A DNA stretch of 64,000 bases, from positions 1,696,001-1,760,000 of the forward strand of contig CAWGJT010000005.1 of the NCBI GenBank assembly GCA_963822965.1. Direction: 5' to 3'. Origin of the DNA: an uncultured delta proteobacterium. Lineage in GTDB: Bacteria > Myxococcota_A > UBA9160 > UBA4427. The translations under genes were made by a program, and so were the position numbers. How positions within the stretch are numbered: the stretch's first letter is position 1; every line of letters begins with the position of its first letter. Below the pieces are notes generated by a model. That model made no database searches, was not told the DNA's origin, and saw only the letters and a list, made by a program, of their open reading frames with translations. Shown in pieces: positions 25,019 through 36,215 of the stretch.

Positions 25019-25903
25019 ATGAAACGCTCGCGCCCCGGTCGGCCGGCTTCGTCCCGAGCGGGCCTTCTCCTGCTGGCCCTCGCGTCCGTCCTGCCCGTCG
25101 CGTGCATCACGCGCGACGTGAAGGACACCATCGTCGAGCGCCGGGACGTGATCGTCGCCCTGCGCGAGCACAAGAAGGGCTTCGAGGTCATCCCGCGCGG
25201 CTTCCAGCACCCGGCGCGGATCGCGCCCCAGCGGCTCCAGAACATCCTCGGCGCCATCGACGTGCGCGGGCGCGAGACCGATCTGGCCGGCCTGCGAGCC
25301 GCCTTCGACCCCGCTCAGGTGCCGGTGGCCGCAGAGGCCCTGGCCGAGGGGCTGAGCAAGGCGAACCCGAACCAGGAGGTCGCCGTCACCCTCATCCGCA
25401 AGGAGATGCAGCACGTCATCTTCGACCGCAAGCGTCTCACCTCGTTCGTCGCGTACGTGCAGGACGGCCTCCTCTATCTGTACTTCTCCCGCATCGACTG
25501 GGAGATTCCAGACCTCGTGAAGAAGACGTCGCTGCCCGAGCCCCAGGTGGACGAGCATCCGATGAAGTTCAAGGTGATTCCGGTGGAGGGGATGTACTCG
25601 GAGAGCTCGTACGCGGTCTCCGTGGACTGGCAGGATCCGATCTTCCAGAACCCCCTGCCGCGGACGGTCGCCGGCGAGGGCGACCGGCGCGAGCGGACGA
25701 TCCTGATGGAGGCGCCCGAGCGAGCCGCGCCCCGGCGCTCGTCGCTACCTGCCGATCTGTTGCCGTATCTCACCCCCGACCAGCTGCGAGAGCTGGCCGA
25801 TCTCGAAGAGGCCCGGCAGAACGGCGGCATGACCGAGGGCCGCTACCGCCGCGAGCGCGAGAAGATCCTCGACGAAGCCCGGGCCTCCGCCACCTCCGAG
25901 TGA
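25019..25903 (+). CDS. Lipoprotein with C-terminal SHOCT-like domain
   Basis: Lipobox LPVAC; LRELADLEEARQNGGMTEGRYRREREKIL. Confidence 0.65.
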   Translation: MKRSRPGRPASSRAGLLLLALASVLPVACITRDVKDTIVERRDVIVALREHKKGFEVIPRGFQHPARIAPQRLQNILGAIDVRGRETDLAGLRAAFDPAQVPVAAEALAEGLSKANPNQEVAVTLIRKEMQHVIFDRKRLTSFVAYVQDGLLYLYFSRIDWEIPDLVKKTSLPEPQVDEHPMKFKVIPVEGMYSESSYAVSVDWQDPIFQNPLPRTVAGEGDRRERTILMEAPERAAPRRSSLPADLLPYLTPDQLRELADLEEARQNGGMTEGRYRREREKILDEARASATSE

Positions 25904-26110
25904 GCCCCGGCCACCTACTTCTGCCGCTCGGCGCCCGTCTCCGCGCTGACCGTGCTGCCGCTCGGGCCGGCCCGTGGCGGGCGGGCTGCCTGTGAGTGGC
26001 CGTCCGCGGCCCGGCCGGTGGGGGCGGAGGCCCTCCGGATTTCATAACGTCGTGTCCGCGCGGCCGGCTCCGGCACGAATGGCCGCACAGGAATAGAGGC
26101 CCCCCAGAAA

Positions 26111-29100
26111 ATGCTGATCCTCCTCGAGATCCTGATCGTTGCGGTCCTGGCCCTCCTGACCGCGCGCTTCGTCCCGCAGCCGCACCGCCGGCGCGTGATG
26201 AACGTCTTCAAGCTCTACCTCACCGTGCGCATGGTGTGGCTGCTGCTCGCCTGGCCGATGAAGACCGAGGACGGCAGCTTCGTTCCAGCCTGGAGCCTCG
26301 TGCTCGAGGTCATCCGCAACATCGACGCGACCACGTTCTTCTCGTTCCTGCTCGTGGGCGCGGTGATCCGCTTCGTGGGCATCCTGGGGTCGATGCTGCG
26401 CTGGCAGCTGGTGCTGCTCGGCCAGGGCATCGAGATGCCCTTCCGGCACATCTTCGGGGCCTTCCTGATCGGCCGCGCCATCGGCTTCTTCCTGCCGAGC
26501 ACGGCCGGGCTCGACGCCTACAAGCTCTACGACGCTGCGCGCTTCAGCGGCAAGACGGTGGAGGTGACCGCCGGCACCGTGCTCGAGAAGGTGCTGGGCG
26601 TGACCGGCATCTTCCTGACGTTCCTCATCGCCCTGCCCTTCGGCATCTCCATCTTCGGCGAGAACGCCGCCGCCGTCGCGGCCATCACCGTGCCCATGGC
26701 GACGCGGCATCATCGGCGCCCTGCTCGTGGTGCTGTGGTTCCCGGGCCTGGTGCAGTGGGTGATCGAGAACATCCCGATCCCCGGCAAGCTACGCCTCCA
26801 AAGCCTGGTGATCCGCATCTCGAACGCGTCGGCCGCCTACCGCGACAAGAAGGTGCTCGTGCTCGCGATGCTCTTCCTGAGCTTCAGCGTGCACTTCACC
26901 ACGGCCGCCATGTACTACTTCATGGCGCTGGCCGTGGGCGCCGGCGCCACGGCCGCCTTCTGGCCCATCGTGTTCGGCTCCGCGATCCAGATCTTCGCCA
27001 CCGTCATCGGCCCCACCGTCGGTGGCCTGGGCATCCGCGAGGCCGCCCAGGCGCTCACCATCGGCGGCCTCATCGGCGTGGGCCCGGCCATCCTCTCCGC
27101 CACCCTCGGCTTCTGGGTGGGCGAGTTCCCGACCATCTTCGGCTTCGTCTTCTGGTTCGTGCGCGGCGACGACTACCGGCCGGCCTACTGCCGCGTGAAC
27201 GGCGACCAGGTGGACTACGAGGAGGCTGCGCGCGCGGCCGTCGCCCTGGAGACCCACGAGGACCGGCTGGCGCGCGAGGAGCGCGAGAGCAACCTGGACG
27301 TGCTGCCGTCCCTCGGCGCGCGCGTGCTGACGAGCGCCGGCTACGGGCTGGGCGCGGGCGTGCTGGCGGGCATCATCGTCGGCGTGATCGAGAGCGTGGT
27401 GGTGGCGCATGGCGGCTTCGGCGGCGACGCCCAGGTGCTCTGGTACTCACCGCTGGCCCACGCCGTGGTGCTCGGCGGCCTGTGCACCCTGGGCGGTGCC
27501 GTGCTGGGCGTGCTGCCCATGGACCGCCAGGAGATCCGGGGCTGGACGCCCAGCCTGGCGATGCTGGCCACCCTGGTTCCCCTGGGCCTGTTCATCACGA
27601 TCTTCCGCCTGCGGCGCGACGTCTACGCCGAGCAGATGCCGCCCGTGCCGTTGCTGCTCGCGGTGCTGGCCGCGGGCGTCGTGGTGGCGGCCATCCTCTT
27701 CTTCGGCGGCCGGCGCATCTTCCAGTCGCCCTTCGGCAACCTGGTGAAGCCGGGCGTCGCCCTGGGCGCTGCTGGTGGTCGCCGTCGGCGTCGGTGCGGT
27801 GCTCGCCAACACGGTCTTCGGACCGCCTTCGATCGAGCGCGAGAGCGCCGGCATCCCGGCCCGCCTGAAGGACCGGCCGAACGTCATCCTGGTGATGGTG
27901 GACACCCTGCGCGCCGACCACCTCTCCTGCTACGGCTCGAAAGAGGTTCGCACCCCAACATCTGCAGCCTGGCGGCGGACGGCGGCTCGCGCTTCGCCGG
28001 CTTCTCCCACGCGTCCTGGACGAAGCCCGCGACGGCCTCGCTGCTGACGTCGCTGGTGCCGTCGAGCCACAAGGCCATGTCGAAGCCCGCGACGCTCTCG
28101 CCCGAGGTCACCCTCGTCTCCGAGGTGATGAAGGAGCAGGGCTACACGACGGGCGGCATCGTCTCGAACATCAACCTGGCCGAGAGCTTCGGCTTCGACC
28201 AGGGCTACGACGAGTACCACTACCTGGCACCGGCCTACATCGCCTGGGCGAAGGAATCGTCGTCCAAGCTCATCCTCTATCAGCTGGCCCGCCAGGTGGT
28301 CTTCCGCTTCAAGAGCGGCATCTCCTTCGACGGCTTCTACCAGGATTCGGAGGTGGTCAACGAAGTGGCGATGGACTGGATCGATCGCCACAAGGACGAG
28401 CGCTTCTTCCTCTTCCTGCACTACATGGACGTCCACGACCCCTACTTCGCTCACCCCTACAACGGCGAGGGCATCGCCCGCGTCTCGAACCAGCACCCGA
28501 GCCCCGAGCTGGCCGAGAAGATGCAGCGCCTCTACACGGGCGAGGTCGAGTACCTCGACGCGAACTTCGGCAAGTTCCTGGCCAAGCTGCGACAGGCGGG
28601 CGTCTACGACGACACGGTGATCGCCCTGGTGGCCGACCACGGCGAGGAGTTCCACGAGCACGGCGGCTGGTGGCACGGTCTCACGCTCTACGAGGAGCAG
28701 ATCTCGGTTCCCGTGATCATCAAGTGGGCGAAGAACGACCGTCACGCGCCCCCCGCGCCCCATCGCATGGCGCGCCTCATCGACATCGCCCCCACCCTCA
28801 TCGCCCAGGCGGGCGCCAAGCCGGCCCAGGGCATGCAGGGCGTCGACCTGGCGGTGGACGAGTCGATGCTCTCGCCCAAGGACACGCAGGTCTTCTCCGA
28901 GGAGGACCACGAGGGCAACGTGCTGTGGTCGCTGCGGACGCGGGATTGGAAGCTCATCCACGCCAACGCCGGCAACCCGCGCGGCCTGCCCGAGGAGTCG
29001 CTCTTCGAGGTGAGCGACGATCCCCACGAGACCCGCAACCTGGCGGGCGGCGAGCACACCGACAAGGAGCAGGAGCTGGCCCAGCACGCCGACATGCAGC

Positions 29101-29216
29101 GCGCCTACGCGGAAGGCCAGGCGGTGGCCGGCGGCGGCGACGCGGAGATGACCCTCGAAGAGTGCCGGCAGCTCATGAACCTCGGCTACGTCGAAGACTG
29201 CTCCCACCTGAACTGA
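26111..29216 (+). CDS. Fusion of lysylphosphatidylglycerol-synthase-TM (flippase-like) domain and sulfatase-like domain (frameshifts)
   Basis: LRWQLVL..GFFLPSTAGLD..GGLGIREAA; then PNVILVMVDTLRADHL, ASWTKPATASLLT, LHYMDVHDPY, ADHGEEF..HG. Confidence 0.75.
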
Positions 29217-29300
29217 GGCGGCCGGCGAGGCCAGCCGTCGCAGGCGCGCCGCGCTTCTCTGCGGGCGCGCCACACCCCGCAAACGGGGAACGGGAGGCGG

Positions 29301-29576
29301 ATGGATCCGAAGCTCTTCGCCACCGTCTTCGCCACGGTGTTCGTCGCCGAGCTGGGGGACAAGACCCAGCTCGCCACCCTGCTCTACGCCTCCGACGCGA
29401 GCGCGCCGAAGGTCACCGTCTTCGCGGCGGCCGCGTCCGCGCTGCTGGTAGCGACGGCGCTGGGCGTGCTCGCCGGGGGCGTGCTCTCCGCGTACGTGAA
29501 CCCGAAGATCGTGCGCTGGCTGGCGGGCCTGGGCTTCATCGCGGTGGGCGTCTGGGTGCTGGTGTCGTCGGAATGA
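29301..29576 (+). CDS. TMEM165/GDT1 (UPF0016) family protein
   Basis: VFVAELGDKTQLAT signature. Confidence 0.92.
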   Translation: MDPKLFATVFATVFVAELGDKTQLATLLYASDASAPKVTVFAAAASALLVATALGVLAGGVLSAYVNPKIVRWLAGLGFIAVGVWVLVSSE

Positions 29577-29851
29577 AGCCTTCGCGGCGGGCAGGACCGG
29601 TGCTCTCCCTGACGTTGCTCGCGTTGGCGCTGGGCCTCGCGGCCTGTCGCTCGGAGACGCCGTCCGAGCTGATCACCCTCTGTCACGATCCTCGCTCCCC
29701 CGTCTGCACCCGCGAGTACCGGCCCGTCTGCGGAGAGCGCCGGGACGGCAGCCGCCACACCTACGCCAACGCCTGCGAGGCGTGCGCGAGCTCGCAGGTC
29801 GTGGGCCACCGCCCCGGTGCCTGCGAGAGCGACCCCGAAGAAGCCAGCTGA
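29573..29851 (+). CDS. Kazal-like domain lipoprotein
   Basis: Lipobox LAAC; CTREYRPVCG...TYANACEAC...GAC. Confidence 0.8.
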   Translation: MKPSRRAGPVLSLTLLALALGLAACRSETPSELITLCHDPRSPVCTREYRPVCGERRDGSRHTYANACEACASSQVVGHRPGACESDPEEAS

Positions 29852-29977
29852 CCCGAGCCCGCTGGGACCGAATGGGACAACGCCGTCCCAGCTCGTCTCC
29901 GCCGCAGCGATGTCGACGCGGCACGACGTGCCCGGGCGAGGCACGAACCGTGCAATGGTTCCTCGCTGGAGAGTGAT

Positions 29978-30196
29978 ATGGCATCCGACCGCGAGCTGGT
30001 GGGCAGGCATGTCCAGGCGCTGCTCGGCGAATCCCGAGGCGCGGGCGTGCCCCCGGACGTGGTCGGTCGGCTCCTCGTGCAGGAAGCGATCGAGATCTGG
30101 AAGCAGCAACGCAGCCTCACGGACATCCAGAGCGAGCTCGAGTTCATCGCCGGGCACCTGGACCCCGACACGGACTTCGAGTTCATGCGCCCGTAG
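29978..30196 (+). CDS. Small conserved hypothetical protein
   Basis: 72-aa ORF ending LDPDTDFEFMRP, host-like codon usage. Confidence 0.6.
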   Translation: MASDRELVGRHVQALLGESRGAGVPPDVVGRLLVQEAIEIWKQQRSLTDIQSELEFIAGHLDPDTDFEFMRP

Positions 30197-30275
30197 GTCC
30201 GTAGGCAAGGAGGGTGCGGGGAAGCCAGGAGAGAGAGGCAGCAGCGAGGAGCCGGTACCGCAAGGAGGACGCGCG

Positions 30276-30812
30276 ATGACGACCACCGACACCCGACGGC
30301 GGGACTGGCGCCATCCCCTCGGCGCTGCACGGAGTCTGCTCGGAGGGCTCTTCGAAAAGCCGCCGCTCCGTGCCTGGCGTCGCGAGCACGTGGGCCTGCG
30401 GGCGCACGGCGGACGGCTGCCCGCCGAGACTTGGCGCGTGGTGGAGCGCATCGAGGCCTGCAACGGCGAAGACCGTGCCGCGCGTCGTGGCCGGCGCGCG
30501 CTCGCCGCCTTCGAGCACCGGCTGGCAGTCCACCTGGCACACGAGGAGGACAGCGGACACCTCGCCGCGGCGCTCGAAGCGGCGCCCCGGTATCGGAACC
30601 ACGCCCGCAAGCTGCGAGCCGAGCACGAGGAGCTGCTGCTCGAGATGCGGCGCGTCCGCGAGCTCGCCGTCGAGGCCGGCGTGTCGGCGGAGGCGTGGGC
30701 AGAGGTACATCGGGCCTGCGGAGACTTCGCGGAACGGCTCTTCGCCCACGACGAGGCCGAGAACGAGATCATGGTGAGCGCCTTCCTCGACGACCTCGGC
30801 GAGGGCGGCTGA
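30276..30812 (+). CDS. Hemerythrin-like domain protein
   Basis: AGGAGG RBS; EH..HLAHEE..LRAEHEEL..HDEAENE. Confidence 0.7.
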   Translation: MTTTDTRRRDWRHPLGAARSLLGGLFEKPPLRAWRREHVGLRAHGGRLPAETWRVVERIEACNGEDRAARRGRRALAAFEHRLAVHLAHEEDSGHLAAALEAAPRYRNHARKLRAEHEELLLEMRRVRELAVEAGVSAEAWAEVHRACGDFAERLFAHDEAENEIMVSAFLDDLGEGG

Positions 30813-30948
30813 GGAGAGCGGGCGGGGCGCGCGGGCTGAGCCGAGTGGGGCGCGCGGACGGAGTCGAAAGCAGCGGGCGAATCGCCTATTCGTTCCTCCA
30901 CTCGTCGGCCCGTTTCGACGAGCCCACACCAGCGCGAGGAAACCCACC

Positions 30949-31899
30949 ATGCAGGACTTCCGTGGCCGCCTGGCCGTCGTCACCGGGGGCGGCACGGGCA
31001 TGGGGCGCGAGATCGTGCGCCAGCTCACCGCCGAAGGCTGTCACGTCGCCTTCTGCGACGTCTCCGAAGAGAACATGGTGGAGACCGCGCGGCTGTGTGA
31101 AGAGACCGCGCCCGCCGGCACCCGCGTCACCCGGCACGCCTGCGACGTCTCCGTCGAGAAGCAGGTGCTGGCCTTCCGGGACGAGGTGCTGGCCCAGCAC
31201 GACGCAAGCGCCATCCAGCTGCTCTTCAACAACGCGGGCATCGCCGGCGCGGGCAGCTTCCTGGCCGACCCGCGCGCCGACTGGGAGCGCGTCTTCGGCG
31301 TCTGCTGGTTCGGCGTCTACTACTGCTCGCGCGCCTTCCTTCCCCTGCTCGTCGCCGCCGACGAGGGCTGCATCGTCAACACCAGCAGCGTGAACGGCTT
31401 CTGGGCGAGCCTCGGACCCACCACGCCCCACACCGCCTACAGCTCGGCGAAGTTCGCCGTCAAGGGATTCACCGAGGCGCTCATCAACGACCTGCGCGTG
31501 CACGCCCCGCACGTGCAGGCCTTCCTCGTGATGCCCGGCCACGTGGGGACGTCGATCGCGCACAACAGCCGGCTGGTGCTGGGCAAGTCGAGCCCGGCGG
31601 AGATGAGCGCCGAAGAGCTCGGCCAGCTGCGCCGGCGTCTCGAGAGCCAGGGCGTGCCGCTCGACGACGTGGACGACCACGCGCTGCGGGCCGGCATCGC
31701 CCAGCGCATGGAGAACTTCCGCGAGAAGGCACCCGTCTCGGCCGCCCAGGCCGCCACCATCATCCTCGACGGCGTGCGCGAGGGACGCTGGCGCATCCTG
31801 ATCGGCGACGACGCCAAGGGGCTCGACCGGCTCGTCCGCCAGTCGCCCGAGGAAGCCTACCAGCCCGACTTCTTCACGTTCCGAACCCTGGGCTCGTAG
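30949..31899 (+). CDS. Short-chain dehydrogenase/reductase
   Basis: TGGGTGMG, FNNAG, YSSAK, PGHVGT. Confidence 0.93.
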   Translation: MQDFRGRLAVVTGGGTGMGREIVRQLTAEGCHVAFCDVSEENMVETARLCEETAPAGTRVTRHACDVSVEKQVLAFRDEVLAQHDASAIQLLFNNAGIAGAGSFLADPRADWERVFGVCWFGVYYCSRAFLPLLVAADEGCIVNTSSVNGFWASLGPTTPHTAYSSAKFAVKGFTEALINDLRVHAPHVQAFLVMPGHVGTSIAHNSRLVLGKSSPAEMSAEELGQLRRRLESQGVPLDDVDDHALRAGIAQRMENFREKAPVSAAQAATIILDGVREGRWRILIGDDAKGLDRLVRQSPEEAYQPDFFTFRTLGS

Positions 31900-32014
31900 C
31901 CAGCCGGTCGGTGCTGGGGGCGTGTGCCCCCAGGCTGTGCGGCGGGCGGCACGGGGGTCGAGCGCTCCGGCATCCCCTCTCAAGCCGGGCTCGGCCCGTG
32001 CCGATTTCGCAGCC

Positions 32015-32344
32015 ATGGAACAGATCCACGATCGCGCCGACGAGACCGCCAAGCGGCCGAACGCCACCTGGCTGCAGCTCTCGCTCGAGGTGATGGTCTT
32101 CTCCGGCATCGGCGTGCTGCTGTGTCTCGCCGGCGCGCGCATCCCCGACGGCCGCGCCGACGCGGGCTTCGTGTTCGCGATCCTCGTGGCCCTGCACGCC
32201 GGCGGGGTCGTCCGCTTCGTACTGCGGGCCAGCGAGTTCCTCGAGCTCGAGTGCCCGGTCTGCACACACAGCTTCCACGGCCTACCCGACCGCCTGCCGA
32301 AGCCGTTCCGCCGGCACTGCGCCCACTGCGGCTCGCACCTCTGA
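32015..32344 (+). CDS. Membrane protein with zinc-ribbon C-terminus
   Basis: Two TM segments; CPVC...CAHCG. Confidence 0.6.
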   Translation: MEQIHDRADETAKRPNATWLQLSLEVMVFSGIGVLLCLAGARIPDGRADAGFVFAILVALHAGGVVRFVLRASEFLELECPVCTHSFHGLPDRLPKPFRRHCAHCGSHL

Positions 32345-32446
32345 TCCGCATGACGGATCAGGGGTTGTCGGCGCCTCTTCGTCCTTCCCCACGCACCGCG
32401 AAGCTCGCCTGGTAGACTCCGCGGGGAGCCTGACCGGGGGAGCGCG

Positions 32447-32839
32447 ATGGACGAGCGAGGCGACACCCACCTCAAGTCGATCGGCTACCTGCTGTGGATC
32501 TTCGGCTTCCTGGGAAGCCACCGCTTCTACTACGGCAAGCCCATCTCGGGAACCATCTGGTTCTTCACCCTCGGGCTGCTGGGGATCGGCTGGCTGATCG
32601 ACCTGTTCCTGATTCCGGGAATGGACCGCGAGGCCGACCGCCGCTTCCGCAGCGGCCCCATCGACTACACGCTGGCGTGGATCTTCCTCACCTTCTTCGG
32701 CTTCTTCGGCATCCACCGCTTCTATCTCGGCAAGTGGCCGACGGCCATCCTCTACCTGCTGACCGGCGGCCTCCTGGGCCTGGGCGTCCTCTACGACTTC
32801 TGGACCCTGAACGAGCAGGTGGACGCCGTGAACGCCTGA
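32447..32839 (+). CDS. TM2 (NINE) domain protein, two repeats
   Basis: GFLGSHRFYYGK..GIGWLIDLF; GIHRFYLGK. Confidence 0.9.
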   Translation: MDERGDTHLKSIGYLLWIFGFLGSHRFYYGKPISGTIWFFTLGLLGIGWLIDLFLIPGMDREADRRFRSGPIDYTLAWIFLTFFGFFGIHRFYLGKWPTAILYLLTGGLLGLGVLYDFWTLNEQVDAVNA

Positions 32840-32896
32840 GCGCGCGGGGCGCCCTGCTCCTTCGACCGCAGCCGACGGCTCCTTTCGTCGCCCGCC

Positions 32897-33254
32897 TACA
32901 CGATGATCTCCTCGGCGCCGAACCTGAGACGATAGGCTTCGTACTGCGACGTGTCGTCGTAGCACGCAAGCACCTGCCCATTCGTGAACCGGAGAGTGAG
33001 GGTGCCGTCCGAGGAGGCCTCCGCAGAATCGATCGATTCTCCCACCAGCTGCATCAGCTTCGATTCGTGAACAGGCAGGCAAACACGATCGGAACGATCG
33101 AGATCACCTCGTGTTGCATGCGCGAAGCAAGACTCGATCGTGATGGAGACATCCCGGCTGAATGACAAGTGCACCGTGTTCACGCTGAACGACACCTGCT
33201 CCAGCGTGCAGCCGCGAGCCGAGACGCATCGAATCCCGCAGGGAGGCCGTACAT
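32897..33254 (-). CDS. DUF6188-like putative immunity protein (frameshift)
   Basis: MYGLP..LEQVSFSVNTVHLSF..LVGESIDSA..DGTLTLRFTNG..QYEAY. Confidence 0.6.
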
Positions 33255-33308
33255 GGACCCTACTCTACTAACTTTGCGATCTCCCTACACAGCATCGGTG
33301 GTCGGCCG

Positions 33309-33800
33309 TCAGCTCGGACGGCGCCATCCAGATCCGACTGCTTCGCAGAACGCCGAGACTCGCTCCACGTCGACCGACGACCGAATCAGAATCGGATCTC
33401 CGGCGCAGGCGTCGTACCACTGCAACGCCAAGCCCGAATCATCATAGACGTGCACGTGCGTGGGAATCGATGCCGTGTCGGTCGACTCCAAGAGCGAGGC
33501 CAGGCCGTCCAGGTTCTCGACGCTCATGGGAACGTGAAAGACGTTCGGCTTCGGAAACAACGTGCCGCCCGGAATCCGAGCTTTGCTCGTCGTTCCATGG
33601 TCGCGCAGGAACTCCTCGATCGACGGCGGCGTACCGCTGTCTTCGAGATAGAGGATGCTATCGGCATCGAGGAGAACCGGGAGCGACCGCAGGAACACGG
33701 GGAACTCCCGCGGTGGGTCGATCTCCCAGGCGTCCGAGCCAATGCTCGGGCGATTGGAACGAGCCCTGCGGAAGATCGCTGCGAAGAGCTCGCGAATCAC
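33309..33800 (-). CDS. Putative immunity protein
   Basis: 163-aa ORF directly after a toxin tip; HVHVYDDSGLALQWYDA. Confidence 0.55.
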   Translation of the reverse strand: MIRELFAAIFRRARSNRPSIGSDAWEIDPPREFPVFLRSLPVLLDADSILYLEDSGTPPSIEEFLRDHGTTSKARIPGGTLFPKPNVFHVPMSVENLDGLASLLESTDTASIPTHVHVYDDSGLALQWYDACAGDPILIRSSVDVERVSAFCEAVGSGWRRPS

Positions 33801-34420
33801 TGTGCCGTCCTCGATGCGGAGGGAACCGCCAGATGGTCTTTCCCCATCCGGTCCCCGAATGCCTTGCAGATGAGGAAGAACGCCTCGGACCGCTCATCGG
33901 GTCTGGTCGCAGACTCGCCACTCAGCCCCGATCTCGTTGATGGAGACCGTGGCCGGCCCGTTCTTGGTGCTCGCCGCGTAGCCGAGCACCTTGTCGTAGC
34001 CGCTCAGCTTGTCTTGGATCCCCTGGATGCCCGGGGTGACGTAGGGCTCGATCTTCGATCCAATCCAGTAGCCCAGAACCCCCGCGCCGCCCACGGCCAC
34101 GCCCTCGGCGGCCCCGACAGCTACCGCCGTGACGATCTGACGGGTCGCCTGGCTCACCACGAAAGCGCCTCCGGAAGCCCCCCCGAAGGTCGAGAAACCG
34201 TCTCGTGCGAGCGCGACCGCGTCCAGCCCCGTCGGGTCGAACGCGTTGAGCGGGTTGTTCTGCACGTAGCTGTAGCGGTTCCAGGCCTGGGCCTCGAAGC
34301 CTTGCCGGTCCGCCGGGTCGGGGCTGATAAAGCGCCCGAGCACGGGGGCGTAGTAGCGGACTTTCATGTCGCCGAGCCCCGTCTCGGCGTCGGCCAGGCT
34401 CAATCGGGAAGCAAGCCCCA
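33797..34420 (-). pseudogene. Rhs-associated core fragment plus interrupted C-terminal tip
   Basis: DAETGLGDMKVRYYAPVLGRFISPDP..NRYSYVQNNPLNAFDPTG; TGA at 33894. Confidence 0.85.
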
Positions 34421-34723
34421 GTCTCGGAACATCTCGGCACAAGCGTCGATCGAGAAGGACTCGCCAGGAGGGTGCTCGCTCAGCACCGAGAAGCCGTAGC
34501 CGAGTTCCGTCAATTCTCGGCGAACGTCGCGAATCAGCCCGTAGTCGGTAACTACAAGACCCCCGGCCTCGTCATCTGGCCGTCGGACCAATGCCGTCCC
34601 TCGAACAACCGTTCCAGAAGGCAGCTCGACGATGGAGGGAGCTTCGACAACCAGCCCCAGCTCTCGCCCCGCTAGAGTGAGCGCTGCAACCAGATTCGGC
34701 GCGTCACCGCTCACGGCGCTCAA
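34400..34723 (-). CDS. Putative immunity protein
   Basis: 107-aa ORF overlapping the upstream tip; GYGFSVL..EMFRDWG. Confidence 0.55.
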   Translation of the reverse strand: MSAVSGDAPNLVAALTLAGRELGLVVEAPSIVELPSGTVVRGTALVRRPDDEAGGLVVTDYGLIRDVRRELTELGYGFSVLSEHPPGESFSIDACAEMFRDWGLLPD

Positions 34724-34960
34724 TCCTCCCGAATCGGAAGGTGCTTCACGGGGCCAACGTGACCATGAGGCTCCTGTCCCGGCCCCGGTTCCGAGTGAGG
34801 GATTCGGAGCGGATGTGCCTCTGGGCCGCGAACCCTATCGCTGGGGAACGGGTCGGGCAGCTCTCCGTTCAACTGCCGATAGGCTTCCATGTCACCTTCT
34901 GATAGGCTTCCGCGTCGTTTGTCCTCGTTTGCCATTTCGACCAGCGCCCGCTTCTCATCA
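34720..34960 (-). CDS. Orphan toxin tip (His-rich C-terminus)
   Basis: ALVEMANEDKRRG..RGPEAHPLR..PHGHVGPVKHLP. Confidence 0.5.
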
Positions 34961-35058
34961 CTACATGCTTCGCTCCCGCTCTATCGTATGCGTCGTGGCT
35001 GGGCGTTGCGGCGGTGGCGCCGGGTGCGTGCCGCGCGAGAGGCGGGAGCGCCAGTGCT

Positions 35059-35739
35059 CTATGCGTTCGTCTCGTCCGCGAGCGCCTCGAAGACCGCGGG
35101 CACCTCGTGGGCGCTGTCGAGCACGCGCCAGGCGCGCGAGAAGTCGCCGCCGCGGCTGAAGCCTCCGGGCACCACCACGCAGCGCATGCCTGCGGCGACC
35201 GCCGACGCGCAGGCCGCGCTCCGAGTCCTCCACCACCAGGCACTCGTCGGGTGCGAGCCCCAGGCGACGCGCGGCGGCGAGGTAGCCGTCCGGATGCGGC
35301 TTGTGGCGCGGGTAGTCGCCGGAGGCCAGCACGAACTCGAAGTGGCCGGAGCAGGCCCAGGGGCTCGTGGATCAGCTCGAAGTGCTCGCGTCCCGAGGCC
35401 GTCACGATGGCCATGGGCAGCCGGCCCGCGAGGGCGGCGAGCGCCTCGCGCACGCCGTCGAGCACGCGCACGCCCTCGCGCAGCAGCGCCGCGTAGCGCG
35501 CGTCGCGCCGCTCGCGCTGGGCGCGGATCTCTTCGTCGCCCACGCCCCGCTCGGCCACCAGGTCGAAGAGGCTGCGGCCCTCGCGCATGCTGAAGTGCGA
35601 CGTAGCGCTCTTCGTCGAGCGCGATCCCGTAGCCGGCGAGCACCTCCCGGGTGGCCTGGAAGAAGAGGGGCTCGCTGTCCACCAGGACGCCGTCGTTGTC
35701 CCACAGCAGCGCGCGCGGCTTGGCTCCGCGCGCGCTCAC
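35059..35739 (-). CDS. HAD-family phosphatase (frameshifts)
   Basis: [27 protein letters not shown]. Confidence 0.9.
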   Translation of the reverse strand: MSARGAKPRALLWDNDGVLVDSEPLFFQATREVLAGYGIALDEERYVALQHARGPQPLRPGGRAGRGRRRDPRPARAARRALRGAAARGRARARRRARGARRPRGPAAHGHRDGLGTRALRADPRAPGPAPATSSSCWPPATTRATSRIRTATSPPRVAWGSHPTSAWWWRTRSAACASAVAAGMRCVVVPGGFSRGGDFSRAWRVLDSAHEVPAVFEALADETNA

Positions 35740-36138
35740 TTCTTCTCGGTGTCGAGGTCGAGGGCCGCCGAGTTCATGCAGTAGCGCTCGCCGGTGGGAT
35801 GCGGCCCGTCCGGGAAGACGTGGCCCAGGTGCGCGTCGCAGCGCGCGCAGCGCACCTCGATGCGCCGCATGCCCAGGCTGTCGTCGGTCTCGGTCACGAT
35901 CGCCTCTTCGGAGATGGGCTGGAAGAAGCTCGGCCAGCCGCTGCCGGAGTCGTACTTCGTGTCGGAGCTGAAGAGCGGCGTGCTCGCAGCACACGCACAC
36001 GTAGGTGCCCTCTTCCTTGCAGTCCCAGTACTTGCCCGTGAAGGCGCGCTCGGTGCCCGCCTGGCGGGCCACGGCGAACTGCTCGGGCGTGAGCTGGGCG
36101 CGCCACTCCTCGTCGGTCTTCTTCACCTTGTCGCTCAT
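35736..36138 (-). CDS. msrB: Peptide-methionine (R)-S-oxide reductase (frameshift)
   Basis: [35 protein letters not shown]. Confidence 0.95.
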
Positions 36139-36215
36139 GGCGATTCGTCCTTCCTTCTCTACTTTCTCTTCTTCCTTGCTTCGTTGTTCCCCGTCGCTCG
36201 GGGGGTGTTCGTCTC

